This document shows positions 36,123 through 46,097 of a stretch of 60,850 nt of DNA, piece by piece (the stretch's first letter is position 1; each line of letters begins with the position of its first letter). The notes below the pieces were generated by a model that was given only the letters and a program-made list of their open reading frames with translations, made no database searches and was not told the DNA's origin. The DNA is from Patescibacteria group bacterium (GTDB lineage: Bacteria; Patescibacteriota; Minisyncoccia; Minisyncoccales; JANBVM01). Both the position numbers and the translations under genes were made by a program. The DNA is taken from positions 1 to 60,850 of the forward strand of contig JANBVM010000001.1 of the NCBI GenBank assembly GCA_024239015.1, read 5' to 3'.

Positions 36123-36818
36123 ATGAAAACAAGTATAAAAGCTGAATATGCCATAAAACTCTTGAGAAAGATATCTTCACTCCAGAAGAAGATAGGAAAG
36201 ATTCCAGATCTTCTTTTCGATGCAAATGAAAAAATTCGTCCAGAAGGAATAGGTTTTGATGTGAATCGCTTTCTAAAGGTTTTTGATAAGATTCAATTAA
36301 GAGATGGATTTATACTTGACTATTTCTACCGTTCTGGAGGTTTAGGGGGAGAACCGTTTATCTTTACTCGAAAAAAAGACAATCCCAAACTTTCAGCTGA
36401 CGGAAATCTTAAGCCCCGACCACCTTTAAATGATATTATCATTGAAATCACTCCAGAGTCTTTCTTTCAACTTGCTGTTTTTTCTCAAGTTGTCTCACAA
36501 TTTTATTTATCTTGGCACGCAAATTATAACGACCATCAATTTATATTTGGCTCTGAAATTGTTGAATATTTATTAATGGACATCCCAGAAGACTTCAGAG
36601 ATAACTTTGGTATCAACATGAAGGACAGAGAGAAATTAAGAGCTATGTCCTTTGAACCTCAAGTTAATATTAAAGAAGAGGGTGCAGAGGTTCGTTGCGT
36701 GATGTTTTCAAAGTGGTTGGGATTTTATTATAACATATTTGTTATAACTTGGCCTAATATAACTATTGAAAATAGTAGAGATATAATCGTACCTTATGAT
36801 TGTGGAATCCTCTTTTAG
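36123..36818 (+). CDS. hypothetical protein
   Basis: 231-aa ORF with ordinary composition and no motif recognised. Confidence 0.45.
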   Translation: MKTSIKAEYAIKLLRKISSLQKKIGKIPDLLFDANEKIRPEGIGFDVNRFLKVFDKIQLRDGFILDYFYRSGGLGGEPFIFTRKKDNPKLSADGNLKPRPPLNDIIIEITPESFFQLAVFSQVVSQFYLSWHANYNDHQFIFGSEIVEYLLMDIPEDFRDNFGINMKDREKLRAMSFEPQVNIKEEGAEVRCVMFSKWLGFYYNIFVITWPNITIENSRDIIVPYDCGILF

Positions 36819-36970
36819 ATTTGGAATGTAAAAAAAATATGATACATAAAAAAAGTGATATTACTCTTAATTTTCTTCATTTCTCAAGCCTCTAAACATA
36901 AAACTTTGTTTCTCTTCATCTATTTCACCTAAAATTTCTCCATCTTCTATCATCATTTTTTATTGCATGA

Positions 36971-36985
36971 CGGTTATTTCACGAT
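36971..36985 (+). repeat. island motif, form A variant (last copy in the window)
   Basis: CGGTTATTTCACGAT (14/15), 126 nt upstream of the helicase gene start. Confidence 0.85.
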
Positions 36986-37110
36986 CAAATGAGAATATAA
37001 AATTGTAAAGAATTATAATTTAGATAAAATTCTCATTAATTAAAATTATTTTAAATTTAAGAAAGGGCTTGATCATTTTTTTTCATTAAAAAATCCGGTG
37101 ATTAGAAATT

Positions 37111-40100
37111 TTGAATACAGAATCATTAAGAAATCGAAAAGCCAAAGCCCCCTGGTGGGATGGGATTGTAAAAATTATTTCTATCTCAAATGAAAATGAT
37201 AGTATAAATATTCAAGGTGTATATTTAAGAAATAACGAATTTTTTGAACAAACTATTAATACTAATCGTTTTAATGAAATTGAATTTTTAGAAGAAAATG
37301 ATTTTGAAGGAAATCCAACCAAATTCTTTTTAGCACTTATAGGTAGATTGATAAGAATAAATTATGAATATAATCCCTATTTCGCAGTTGGTATCTCGAA
37401 AATAGATCCGCTCCCACATCAATTAGAAGTTGTTTATGGATACTTATTGGCAAGACCTACTATAAGATTCCTAATTGCCGATGATCCGGGAGCGGGAAAG
37501 ACTATTATGGCAGGATTATTAATTAAAGAATTAAAATATCGAAAATTGATTTCACGAATTTTAATAGTCACTCCTGGACATTTAATTGATAATTGGATGG
37601 TAGAAATGAAAAGTAAATTTTCAGAAAATTTTACTTTCGTTAACCGCCAGTATTTAAATAATTTTTGGAGTCAAAATATCTGGAAAAAAGAAAAACAAAT
37701 TCTAACTTCAATTGATTTCTTAAAAAAGGAAGATATTAGTGAGAAATTGAAGAATGAAAAGTGGGATTTAATTATTGTTGATGAAGCTCATAAAATGTCA
37801 GCTAGATTAGAAGGAAATAAAATTGTAAAGACGCAAAGATACAAATTAGGAGAAATTTTATCCAGAAATTGTACTCACTTTTTATTCTTAACTGCAACTC
37901 CTCATAGTGGAGATATGAACAAGTTCTCTCTCTTCCTATCCTTATTAGAACCAGAAATGTTTGGATTATCTAAGAATTTTCAAGTAGAGAGTCAATTACA
38001 AGATTTATCAAATGAAGAAAATAGTATCCTTATTAGAAGAATAAAAGAAGAAATGATTGATTTTAACGGTAATGATCTATTTCCTAAAAGATATCCTTCT
38101 ACAATCAAATTTGAACTATCTCCAAAAGAAAAAGAATTATATCAAAGAGTTAGTCAATATGTCAAAGTAAATTATAATATGGCTTTAAACCAAAAGAGAA
38201 AAACTGTAGCTTTTGCTTTAATAATGCTACAGAGAAGATTGTCATCAAGTATTAGAGCCATAAAAAAATCCCTTATTAGAAGAAAAAAGAGATTGGAAAG
38301 TGTTAGAGAAAGTGATTTTGTTAAAAATTATGGTGTAAATGAACTCATCGAAATTGAAAAAAAGTATAGAAATATCCTTGATTCAGAAGATTTAGATGAT
38401 TTATCTGAAAAGGAACGGTGGGAAATCGAAAAAAAATTAGAAACTTTAACAATGGCACAAAATCTTGAGGAATTGAAATATGAAATTAACCTCTTAGAAG
38501 AATTAATTGAGCTAGCCGAGAATCTTGAGAGTTCAGGAGAAGAAACCAAATTGCAAAATTTATGGAAGACATTAAAAGAAGAAATAAGAGATAAACATGA
38601 AAAATTAATAATTTTCACAGAATTCAGGGATACACTTGAATATTTAAGAGAAAATATTTCAGAATGGGGTTTTCAAGTTGAAGTAATTCATGGTAAGATG
38701 AGTATGGATGAAAGGATCAGAGCAGAGCATCGATTTCGACAAGAAAAGCAAATTTTAATCGCAACAGAAGCGGCTGGAGAAGGAATTAATTTACAGTTTT
38801 GTTGGTTAATGGTAAATTATGATATACCTTGGAATCCAAATAGATTAGAACAAAGAATGGGACGCATACACCGATATTTACAAACGCATGATTGTTATAT
38901 TTACAATTGCATAGCAGAAAATACAATGGAAGGGAGAGTTTTTATACGGATATTAGAAAAACTTATGGTAATCAGAAGGGCTCTAGGAAGTGATAGGGTT
39001 TTTGATGTAATAGGAGAAATTTTTTCGGATGTTGGATTACATCATTTAATAAAGATAGCTTTGAATAGTCCCAATGGATGGGACGATGTATTAGAAAGAA
39101 TTGAACAAAAAGATAATGTTTTAATAGAACGAGCAAGACAATTAATTTCATCTGGAAGTTTGGCACAGAAGCATTTAGATTTATCCATTTTGAATGAAGA
39201 AATCAGGAAATCTGATGAATTTAGATTATGGCCTGAATATATTCATGAATATACTGAGCTAGCATTACATTCATTTGGAGGTAATATCACATCTAGGGGA
39301 ATTCATACACTACCAAATAAAATTTTAGATTTATGGGATTACGATTTAGAGATACAATATGGACCATTATTAGAAAAATATAAAAATATAACTTTTGATA
39401 AAACTATCTGGAAAAGCGATAGTCAAAAAGAATATATTGCACCGGGACACCCATTAATTGAATCTTTAATTGAAGCCAGTATTAGAAAATTTTCAAAACA
39501 TCTAACTAAAGGCGCATTATTTCTTGATCCAGATAATAAATTTATGGGATTAATTTGGTTTTATCAAGTTAAAATTACAGACGGAAGGAACGTAATTATC
39601 TCTGAAAAAATAATATCGATTAAGCAATCATTCGAAGGAAAAATTCAAGAAATATCACCGCTTATTATCTGGGATTATATTCCTATAAATAATTTTAATG
39701 ATTTTGAAAATACAACAATAAAGTCAGAAATAAAGAATTTGAGAAAGGATGAAAATAAAATAAAGAATTGTGTTGAGAAAATATTAAGAACTGACTATTT
39801 CCAAAATCTTCAATTGAAAAGAAATAATAATTTTGATATTAAAAAAAAAGCAATTGAAAGAAGTATGAATTTGAGAATTTCTGAAAGCCTTGAAAAGATT
39901 TATCAATATAAAGAAAAAATAGAGAATGGAGAAAATTATGATCTACCTTTAAGTAATGAGGAAAGAAACAAGGAGAAATTAATCTTAGAAAAAAAACAAA
40001 AATTAGAACAAATTAGAAGAGAAAAAGAAATTACAATGAATAGTCCTCAAATTCTTGGAATGATAATGGTGATTCCAAAGAAAAAATTAAAAAGTGGGGA

Positions 40101-40515
40101 GGCCGTTACTTCTTCCTATGAAGATGGTGTTGATAAAAGTAAGGTAGATGAAGCAGCAATGGAAGCTGTGGTAAAATTTGAAAAAGAAAGTGGTAGGGTT
40201 CCTAAGGATGTGCATCTAACAAGTTGCGGATATGATGTCTTATCTAGAAACCCAATTACTGGAAAGATTAGGCATATAGAAGTTAAAGGCCATACTGAGA
40301 GCGGTGATGTTTTTATTACTCCTAATGAATGGTTTATGGCTGGACGATTTGGTGATGATTTTTGGTTATATGTTGTTGATTACGCTTTAAACAATCCAAA
40401 AATTTTTCGGATTCAAAACCCCGCTGAAAACTTAGAATTTGATAAAATTTTAGAAACAAAAAGATATATTATAAAAGAAAATAACTGGAAAAAAAGATAT
40501 AATAATAAAAGGTAA
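37111..40515 (+). CDS. SNF2/DEAH-type SF2 helicase with C-terminal DUF3883 (PD-(D/E)xK-like) domain
   Basis: 1134 aa, TTG start. Helicase motifs are ADDPGAGKT, IIVDEAHKM, LTATPHSG, ILIATEAAGEGINLQ and QRMGRIHRYLQ. The C-terminus GYDVLSRNP...IRHIEVKGHTESGDVFITPNEW...FWLYVV is the DUF3883 pattern. Confidence 0.8.
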   Translation: MNTESLRNRKAKAPWWDGIVKIISISNENDSINIQGVYLRNNEFFEQTINTNRFNEIEFLEENDFEGNPTKFFLALIGRLIRINYEYNPYFAVGISKIDPLPHQLEVVYGYLLARPTIRFLIADDPGAGKTIMAGLLIKELKYRKLISRILIVTPGHLIDNWMVEMKSKFSENFTFVNRQYLNNFWSQNIWKKEKQILTSIDFLKKEDISEKLKNEKWDLIIVDEAHKMSARLEGNKIVKTQRYKLGEILSRNCTHFLFLTATPHSGDMNKFSLFLSLLEPEMFGLSKNFQVESQLQDLSNEENSILIRRIKEEMIDFNGNDLFPKRYPSTIKFELSPKEKELYQRVSQYVKVNYNMALNQKRKTVAFALIMLQRRLSSSIRAIKKSLIRRKKRLESVRESDFVKNYGVNELIEIEKKYRNILDSEDLDDLSEKERWEIEKKLETLTMAQNLEELKYEINLLEELIELAENLESSGEETKLQNLWKTLKEEIRDKHEKLIIFTEFRDTLEYLRENISEWGFQVEVIHGKMSMDERIRAEHRFRQEKQILIATEAAGEGINLQFCWLMVNYDIPWNPNRLEQRMGRIHRYLQTHDCYIYNCIAENTMEGRVFIRILEKLMVIRRALGSDRVFDVIGEIFSDVGLHHLIKIALNSPNGWDDVLERIEQKDNVLIERARQLISSGSLAQKHLDLSILNEEIRKSDEFRLWPEYIHEYTELALHSFGGNITSRGIHTLPNKILDLWDYDLEIQYGPLLEKYKNITFDKTIWKSDSQKEYIAPGHPLIESLIEASIRKFSKHLTKGALFLDPDNKFMGLIWFYQVKITDGRNVIISEKIISIKQSFEGKIQEISPLIIWDYIPINNFNDFENTTIKSEIKNLRKDENKIKNCVEKILRTDYFQNLQLKRNNNFDIKKKAIERSMNLRISESLEKIYQYKEKIENGENYDLPLSNEERNKEKLILEKKQKLEQIRREKEITMNSPQILGMIMVIPKKKLKSGEAVTSSYEDGVDKSKVDEAAMEAVVKFEKESGRVPKDVHLTSCGYDVLSRNPITGKIRHIEVKGHTESGDVFITPNEWFMAGRFGDDFWLYVVDYALNNPKIFRIQNPAENLEFDKILETKRYIIKENNWKKRYNNKR

Positions 40516-40522
40516 AGTTAAA

Positions 40523-43171
40523 TTGACTAAAAAATTTATAGAAGAGCAATTTCCAATAGCAGAAATTTCTAAGTTTGGAGTTAATGAAAAAAATAACAAT
40601 TTTGGAAATATATCAACAATTCATCCTTGGTGGGCTAGAAGACCTACAACTGTAGTAAGAGCTCTAATCTTATCTTGTTTATTTAATTATCCCAATAGTA
40701 AATCCAAAAGAAAAGAGATTTCTAAATATATTATTAATGCCTGCTCCGATTTCATGAAACTACCCAATCAAATAACTTTTAAAAATACATTAAATAATCT
40801 TATACATAATAAGATAACCGGAGAAAGATTAAAACTATTAGATCCCTTTGCTGGAGGAGGTGCTATACCTTTAGAATCTTTGAGATTGGGTTTAGAAACT
40901 TATTGTTCAGATTTAAATCCAGTAGCAGTTTTAACTGAGAAGGCTACATGTGAGTTTTTCCAAAGATTTAATGGGAAATTGGCTGAAGAGTTAAATAAGT
41001 GGAGGAAGATCCTTGATAAAAAATTTCTAAGAACTATTAATCCATATTACCAAAATCCAACAAATGTCAATAAAATATATGGATTTTTCTGGGCTAGACA
41101 AATTGAATGTCCTAACTCGTATTGCAAAGCCCTGATTCCAATGTTGACAAATTGTACATTTGTAAATAAAGAATTGCAAAGAAATAGAAAGAAAATCAAA
41201 AAAATAATTGCTTTAAAACCCATTATATCTGGAGAGAGCGGAGAAAAAAAAATTGATTTTGTAATCCAAAAAGATGATGAAATTGATTTTGACCATTCAA
41301 ATCTAAAAATTTATTCAAGTGGTAAGGTAACCTGTCCATCTTGTGAATTTACAATTGATAATCGAGAAGTTATGAACAAAGTTAAAAGTAAGATTTATGG
41401 AGATCGGTTATTGATTGTAATGGAGAAAGATTCTGATGATAAGAAGATATATAGATTATCAACAGAACATGATTTAAACTTATACGAAAAAGTTAAGGAG
41501 GATTTAAAGAAATATAAAGATTTAATTCCAAATGAAGAATTACCTATGGAAGTTAGAAGATGGCAAGTTCAAAATTATGGAATCTTAAATTGGAATGAAT
41601 TTTTTAATGAGAGACAAATATTGACCTCTATGATTTACTTAGAAAAATTAAGAGAAGTCAAAAATGAGATTATTAAAAACAGTGAATATTCAAAAGAATT
41701 AACATCAGCCATAATAGTTTATCTCTCATTTTATTTATCAAAATTAGTGAATTATAATTCAAAATTCACATACTGGGATAAGAGGGAATCAATTGCCAAA
41801 ACTTGGACTAGGCCAGGTATTTTTATGAGGGGTGCCTATCCTGAAAACAATCCACTATATAATTCATCGGGAAAGATGGAAAATTATTTCTATTATCTAA
41901 ATCTAGTGATTGATAATATTGGAAAAATTCGTAATTATGCAACTATTAACCAAGCTGATGTAAGAAGTCTTGATTATAAATCAGATTATTTCGATTTGAT
42001 AATTACTGATCCCCCCTATTATGATGCAATGTTATATGCAAACCCCTCCGATTTCTTTTATATATGGTTAAAATTATGCTTGGAAGATATATATCCAGAG
42101 CTCTTTCTCTTTAAATTAACCCCCAAAGATGCAGAAATTATTCAGAGCAAATTTAGACATGGTAGAGATAAACAAAAAGCTATAGCCTACTACGAAGAGG
42201 GCTTAACTTTAACATTAAGAGAGTTTTATAGAATTTTAAAACCAAGTGGGATGGGTATTATTATGTATACTCACAAATCAGTTGTTGCTTGGGAAGTCTT
42301 AATAAAAGCTTTGTTAAAATCCAATTTTACAATTTCATCTGCTTGGCCAATCGCAACTGAAACTAAAGGTGGTGTTCGAAGCCTAAACCGTGTAGTACTT
42401 GCTTCCTCAATAGCGTTAGTGTTTAAGAAAATAGAAAAGAAAAAAGAAATCTTCTTCGAAACCCAATTTACTTCTATTTTAGAAACTGAATTAAAAGGGA
42501 AACTAAGAGAGTTACTTGTTGACTTAGAAATTTATGGTGCGGACTATTTTATTTCTGCCATTGGATTCTCATTAAATATTTTTACACGATATGAAGCTGT
42601 ATTAAGTCAAAGAACTGGTAAGAAGGTTGAAGTTTCAGTCTTTCTAGACTTAGTTAGAAAAATAGTAAATGATTTTCTATTAAGTACAGTCATAGAAAGA
42701 AATGTGACAAAAAGTAATGATGAGGTGACAAATCTCTACATCATATGGTGCTGGTTTTTTAGAAATAATGGAATAGAACTTGATGATGCTTTAAAATTAG
42801 CGCAATCATTTGGTGTTGGGGAATTGAATGATTTAAAAAAAAGTAAAATAATCAAACTCAAAGATAAAAAATTTAGATTATTATTGGCGAGTGATAAAGA
42901 GCGAGAGAATTATTTATTAAAAAATATAGACAATCTTAATACTTTAATAGAAAAAATTCACTTATTAGCAATTCTGTGGAAGAATAATGATGATAATTTG
43001 GATAAGATTGTCAAAAACTATGAATTAACATCTGGAGAAAATATTTGGAAAGTTGGACAAGCATTAGCAGAGTTCTTTCCAAATAAACATAAAGAACATA
43101 ATATTTTGCAAGGTTTATTGGCAAAATATGGAAAATCTAGAACTAAAAGTGAATTAAGAAAATTTTTATGA
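40523..43171 (+). CDS. DUF1156-family DNA methyltransferase (N6-adenine type, with zinc ribbon)
   Basis: 882 aa. The N-terminus FPIAEISKFGVNEK...IHPWWARRP is the DUF1156 hallmark. Motif I is DPFAGGGAIPLE and motif IV is IITDPPYYD. It also has CPNSYC...CPSCEF. It starts 7 nt after the helicase gene. Confidence 0.8.
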   Translation: MTKKFIEEQFPIAEISKFGVNEKNNNFGNISTIHPWWARRPTTVVRALILSCLFNYPNSKSKRKEISKYIINACSDFMKLPNQITFKNTLNNLIHNKITGERLKLLDPFAGGGAIPLESLRLGLETYCSDLNPVAVLTEKATCEFFQRFNGKLAEELNKWRKILDKKFLRTINPYYQNPTNVNKIYGFFWARQIECPNSYCKALIPMLTNCTFVNKELQRNRKKIKKIIALKPIISGESGEKKIDFVIQKDDEIDFDHSNLKIYSSGKVTCPSCEFTIDNREVMNKVKSKIYGDRLLIVMEKDSDDKKIYRLSTEHDLNLYEKVKEDLKKYKDLIPNEELPMEVRRWQVQNYGILNWNEFFNERQILTSMIYLEKLREVKNEIIKNSEYSKELTSAIIVYLSFYLSKLVNYNSKFTYWDKRESIAKTWTRPGIFMRGAYPENNPLYNSSGKMENYFYYLNLVIDNIGKIRNYATINQADVRSLDYKSDYFDLIITDPPYYDAMLYANPSDFFYIWLKLCLEDIYPELFLFKLTPKDAEIIQSKFRHGRDKQKAIAYYEEGLTLTLREFYRILKPSGMGIIMYTHKSVVAWEVLIKALLKSNFTISSAWPIATETKGGVRSLNRVVLASSIALVFKKIEKKKEIFFETQFTSILETELKGKLRELLVDLEIYGADYFISAIGFSLNIFTRYEAVLSQRTGKKVEVSVFLDLVRKIVNDFLLSTVIERNVTKSNDEVTNLYIIWCWFFRNNGIELDDALKLAQSFGVGELNDLKKSKIIKLKDKKFRLLLASDKERENYLLKNIDNLNTLIEKIHLLAILWKNNDDNLDKIVKNYELTSGENIWKVGQALAEFFPNKHKEHNILQGLLAKYGKSRTKSELRKFL

Positions 43172-43189
43172 TTTTATAGAGGCAAAAAT

Positions 43190-46033
43190 ATGTTATTTAA
43201 AAATTGGCAAGAAATAATTGAAATCCAAGATTTTATTGAGTTAGATAAGATAGATAGCTCTCTATTTGTCGCAGATTTGGATAAAATTCGAGCTGGAAAG
43301 GGAATTAGAGAATATTTTGATCCTATTTTGTTTTTTGAAAATACTTATTTAACAAAAGGTTTAACTAAATTATTTAAAGGAGTATTGTCTCGTCTATTAG
43401 GAATTTCAATAGAGGGTGTTTATAACCTTCAAACTTCTTTTGGAGGGGGTAAAACTCATGCTTTAGCAGGGTTATTCCATTTTTTTAATTCTTATAAAAA
43501 ATTGAAAGACGAATTAATCTTTGATGTTATATTAAAAGATTTTAAATCAAAAATCCCTGAAAAATTCTTACTTCAAACTTGTACGATTGTAGGAGCGAAT
43601 TTAGATGTTAATAAAGGTAGAATTGTCGAAAACGATATAAAAATTAATACCATTTGGGGAGAACTCGCATATCAATTAGGAGGGGCAAAGGGTTATAAAA
43701 TAATTGAATTAGACGATAAAAGCAAAACATGCCCGACTAAAGATTCATTAAAGAAACTATTCTTAAGTGTAGAACAACCTTCATTAATTCTAATGGATGA
43801 AGTTTTAGGATATATTTCAAATTTAGATGTAATTGATAAAGAATGGTTAAATACAACTTTTGAATTTTTTCGAAGATTACCTGAAGTAGTTAATGATGAA
43901 GAATTGAAAGTTGCTTTGATTATTTCAATACCAGAAAGTCGTATTGAATCGCAAACCGAAAGAGGAGAAGCTCATCTTTTAACAATAAGTAAAATGATCG
44001 GAAGGGAAGAAAGCATCATTCCACCAATTGAAGGAGAAGAAATCTATCATATTATCCGAAAACGTTTATTCAAACCATTATCAGAAATTAAAAAAAATGA
44101 AATTACGAAAGTTTGTAATAAAATATTCAACCTATATAAAAATATTAAATTTAAAAATTCTCTGCCTGATGAAATATTTTCTACCGTTATTGAAAATTAT
44201 GAAGATAAATTAAATTTAAGTTATCCATTTCACCCTGAATTAATCAAGGTATTTTATGAAAAATGGAATGCTTCCGAAGCTTTTCAAAGAACAAGATATA
44301 TACTAAATATTTTTAGTCTATTGTTAAGAAATTTAAAAAATGACAAAGGTGTCTCTTTAATACTACCAGGACACTTCAGTATAACAGAGTCGGATATTAA
44401 ATCTATTTTATTAAAATTTATGGGTCAAACTTATGAAAGTGTGATTGATACAGACATTAAAAGAGCTCGTTTTCTACAAGAGGAGTCAATTGGTGAAGAT
44501 AAAATAAAAGAGAGTAAATTGGTAGAGAAATTATTTAGAGTTATTTTTTTACATTCTTTTCAAGTTGGAACCAATCCTATTGGAATTAATGAGCAATTTC
44601 TAAATCTATCAGTACTGGATGAATCTGGTATCATCCCTGCCTTAATAGAATTAGCAAGAGCAAAAATGAAAAATTATTTATTCTATTTTTTTGAAGAAAA
44701 CGGTAAATTCTTAATAAAAACAGAAATAAATTTAAATGCGATAATAATTGATGAAAAAAACAAACTAAAGGGAGAAGAAATTGAGGATACTTTTAAATCT
44801 AAACTTAATTCAGTAATAAAAAAGAATTATCAATACATTATATACCCCTCCGTCTCAAATGATATTCCAGACAAACCAGCCATCATTTATATTATAGGTG
44901 ATTCATCATTTGGTATTCCATTAAATAAAATGCATAGTTTAAATCCTGAAATTATTGCTAAGTTATTAGAATTCACAAAAAATATTGGTAAATCAAACAG
45001 AGTATATAAAAACGGATTAATATTTATTTTACCAGAAATTTATAGTTTCAGCGAAGCGCGGGACAAAATAAAAGAATTGTTAGCCTTAGAAAAGATTGAA
45101 AAATCTGATGTTATGAACAGATTATCTTCTACACAAAAGCAAGATTTAAAAAAGAGGATTAAAGATTCAAATGAAAATCTTAACAAATATTATTATAATA
45201 CATATTCAGTAGTATGTAAATGGGATAAAGAATCAAATATAAAAGTGTTTAAAGCATCCCAAGATGGAGAAAATCTTCAAGAACGGGCTGAAAAGATATT
45301 AATCAGTGAAAATGTAATTTTTGAAAGTTATTTTTCGGGAGCTTTAGCTCAGATATTAAATGAAGTTAAAAGTACTGAGGGTTTATGGAACCAATTCTTT
45401 CAAATAGGCGATGTTCTTCTTAAAGATCAAAATGTATTAATAAGAACAATTATCCAAGGAATTCAGAGAGGAGATTTTGCTTATGGGAAATTAGAAGAGA
45501 ATGTTAAAAAAGAGGATTTTTCAAAATTAAAAACAGAAGATTTTAAAATTTGGTATTATCAAGAACAAATTTCAAAAAGTAAAATTACTATTTCAAACGC
45601 CACCTATTTAATTTCGAGTTCTATTGTTGAACAAATTGTTAAAAACTCCATCGAAAAACCTATCCCTCCTGAAACACCACCTATAACACCCCCTACAACA
45701 CTTCCTGAAACACCACCTATAACACCACCTATAACACCCCCTATAACACCTCCTGAAACACCACCTGAGCCAATATCAGAAGAATTGAAAGAATTAAAAC
45801 TATCAATGGAGTTTAGTTGGGAAAATTTGGATCTATTAATGAATTTAAAAACATTACTTTTATTACTAGGACAAAAGTCTGAAGCATTAAAAATTAAATT
45901 CAACATAGATTTTAAGGCTTCTACAAACATTAGTGGAATGATTCTCACCAATATTAAAAAGCTACTTAAAGAATTATCAGATAAAATTGAAAATATTGAT
46001 GTAAAATCTAATATCGAAGATTTAATGGGCTAA
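43190..46033 (+). CDS. DUF499-family P-loop ATPase (BrxC-like)
   Basis: 947 aa. FVADLDKIRAGKGIREYFDPILFFENTYLTKGLTKLFKGVLSRL is the conserved DUF499 N-block. SFGGGKTHAL is Walker A-like and LILMDEVLGY is Walker B. It starts 18 nt after the methylase gene. Confidence 0.75.
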   Translation: MLFKNWQEIIEIQDFIELDKIDSSLFVADLDKIRAGKGIREYFDPILFFENTYLTKGLTKLFKGVLSRLLGISIEGVYNLQTSFGGGKTHALAGLFHFFNSYKKLKDELIFDVILKDFKSKIPEKFLLQTCTIVGANLDVNKGRIVENDIKINTIWGELAYQLGGAKGYKIIELDDKSKTCPTKDSLKKLFLSVEQPSLILMDEVLGYISNLDVIDKEWLNTTFEFFRRLPEVVNDEELKVALIISIPESRIESQTERGEAHLLTISKMIGREESIIPPIEGEEIYHIIRKRLFKPLSEIKKNEITKVCNKIFNLYKNIKFKNSLPDEIFSTVIENYEDKLNLSYPFHPELIKVFYEKWNASEAFQRTRYILNIFSLLLRNLKNDKGVSLILPGHFSITESDIKSILLKFMGQTYESVIDTDIKRARFLQEESIGEDKIKESKLVEKLFRVIFLHSFQVGTNPIGINEQFLNLSVLDESGIIPALIELARAKMKNYLFYFFEENGKFLIKTEINLNAIIIDEKNKLKGEEIEDTFKSKLNSVIKKNYQYIIYPSVSNDIPDKPAIIYIIGDSSFGIPLNKMHSLNPEIIAKLLEFTKNIGKSNRVYKNGLIFILPEIYSFSEARDKIKELLALEKIEKSDVMNRLSSTQKQDLKKRIKDSNENLNKYYYNTYSVVCKWDKESNIKVFKASQDGENLQERAEKILISENVIFESYFSGALAQILNEVKSTEGLWNQFFQIGDVLLKDQNVLIRTIIQGIQRGDFAYGKLEENVKKEDFSKLKTEDFKIWYYQEQISKSKITISNATYLISSSIVEQIVKNSIEKPIPPETPPITPPTTLPETPPITPPITPPITPPETPPEPISEELKELKLSMEFSWENLDLLMNLKTLLLLLGQKSEALKIKFNIDFKASTNISGMILTNIKKLLKELSDKIENIDVKSNIEDLMG
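45659..45772 (+). repeat. in-frame Pro/Thr-rich tandem repeat (PIPPETPPITPPTTLPETPPITPPITPPITPPETPPEP)
   Basis: Units of ACACC(A/C)CCTATA are iterated. The segment sits between the body of the DUF499 protein and its last ~85 aa. Confidence 0.85.
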
Positions 46034-46097
46034 ATTATAAAATACTAATCATTAGAATCTTGAAAAAAAGCAATTAAAAGATTTAAAATTTCAAAAA

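Noticed and set aside
2598-36985. Interpretation of the motif copies as integron attC sites
   Set aside because: There is no GTTRRRY/RYYYAAC R-box pairs and no 60-120-bp imperfect hairpins. Cassettes are in both orientations and often multi-gene, and no intI-like gene is present in the window. The Xer/pdif-like analogy fits the 9-6-9 geometry better, but it is also unproven.
37549-37557. TTTCACGAA arm inside the helicase CDS. Bare arms also occur at 5025-5032 and 55301-55310, and near-arms such as TTCGTGAAT near 9472.
   Set aside because: Only the 9-mer arm is present, without the CGGTTA/TAACCG half. A 9-mer of this composition can occur by chance, so these are not counted as motif copies.
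45604-45951. 115-aa antisense ORF with a GGVIGGVIGGVSG repeat
   Set aside because: It is the mirror image of the in-frame Pro/Thr repeat of the DUF499 gene, not an independent gene.
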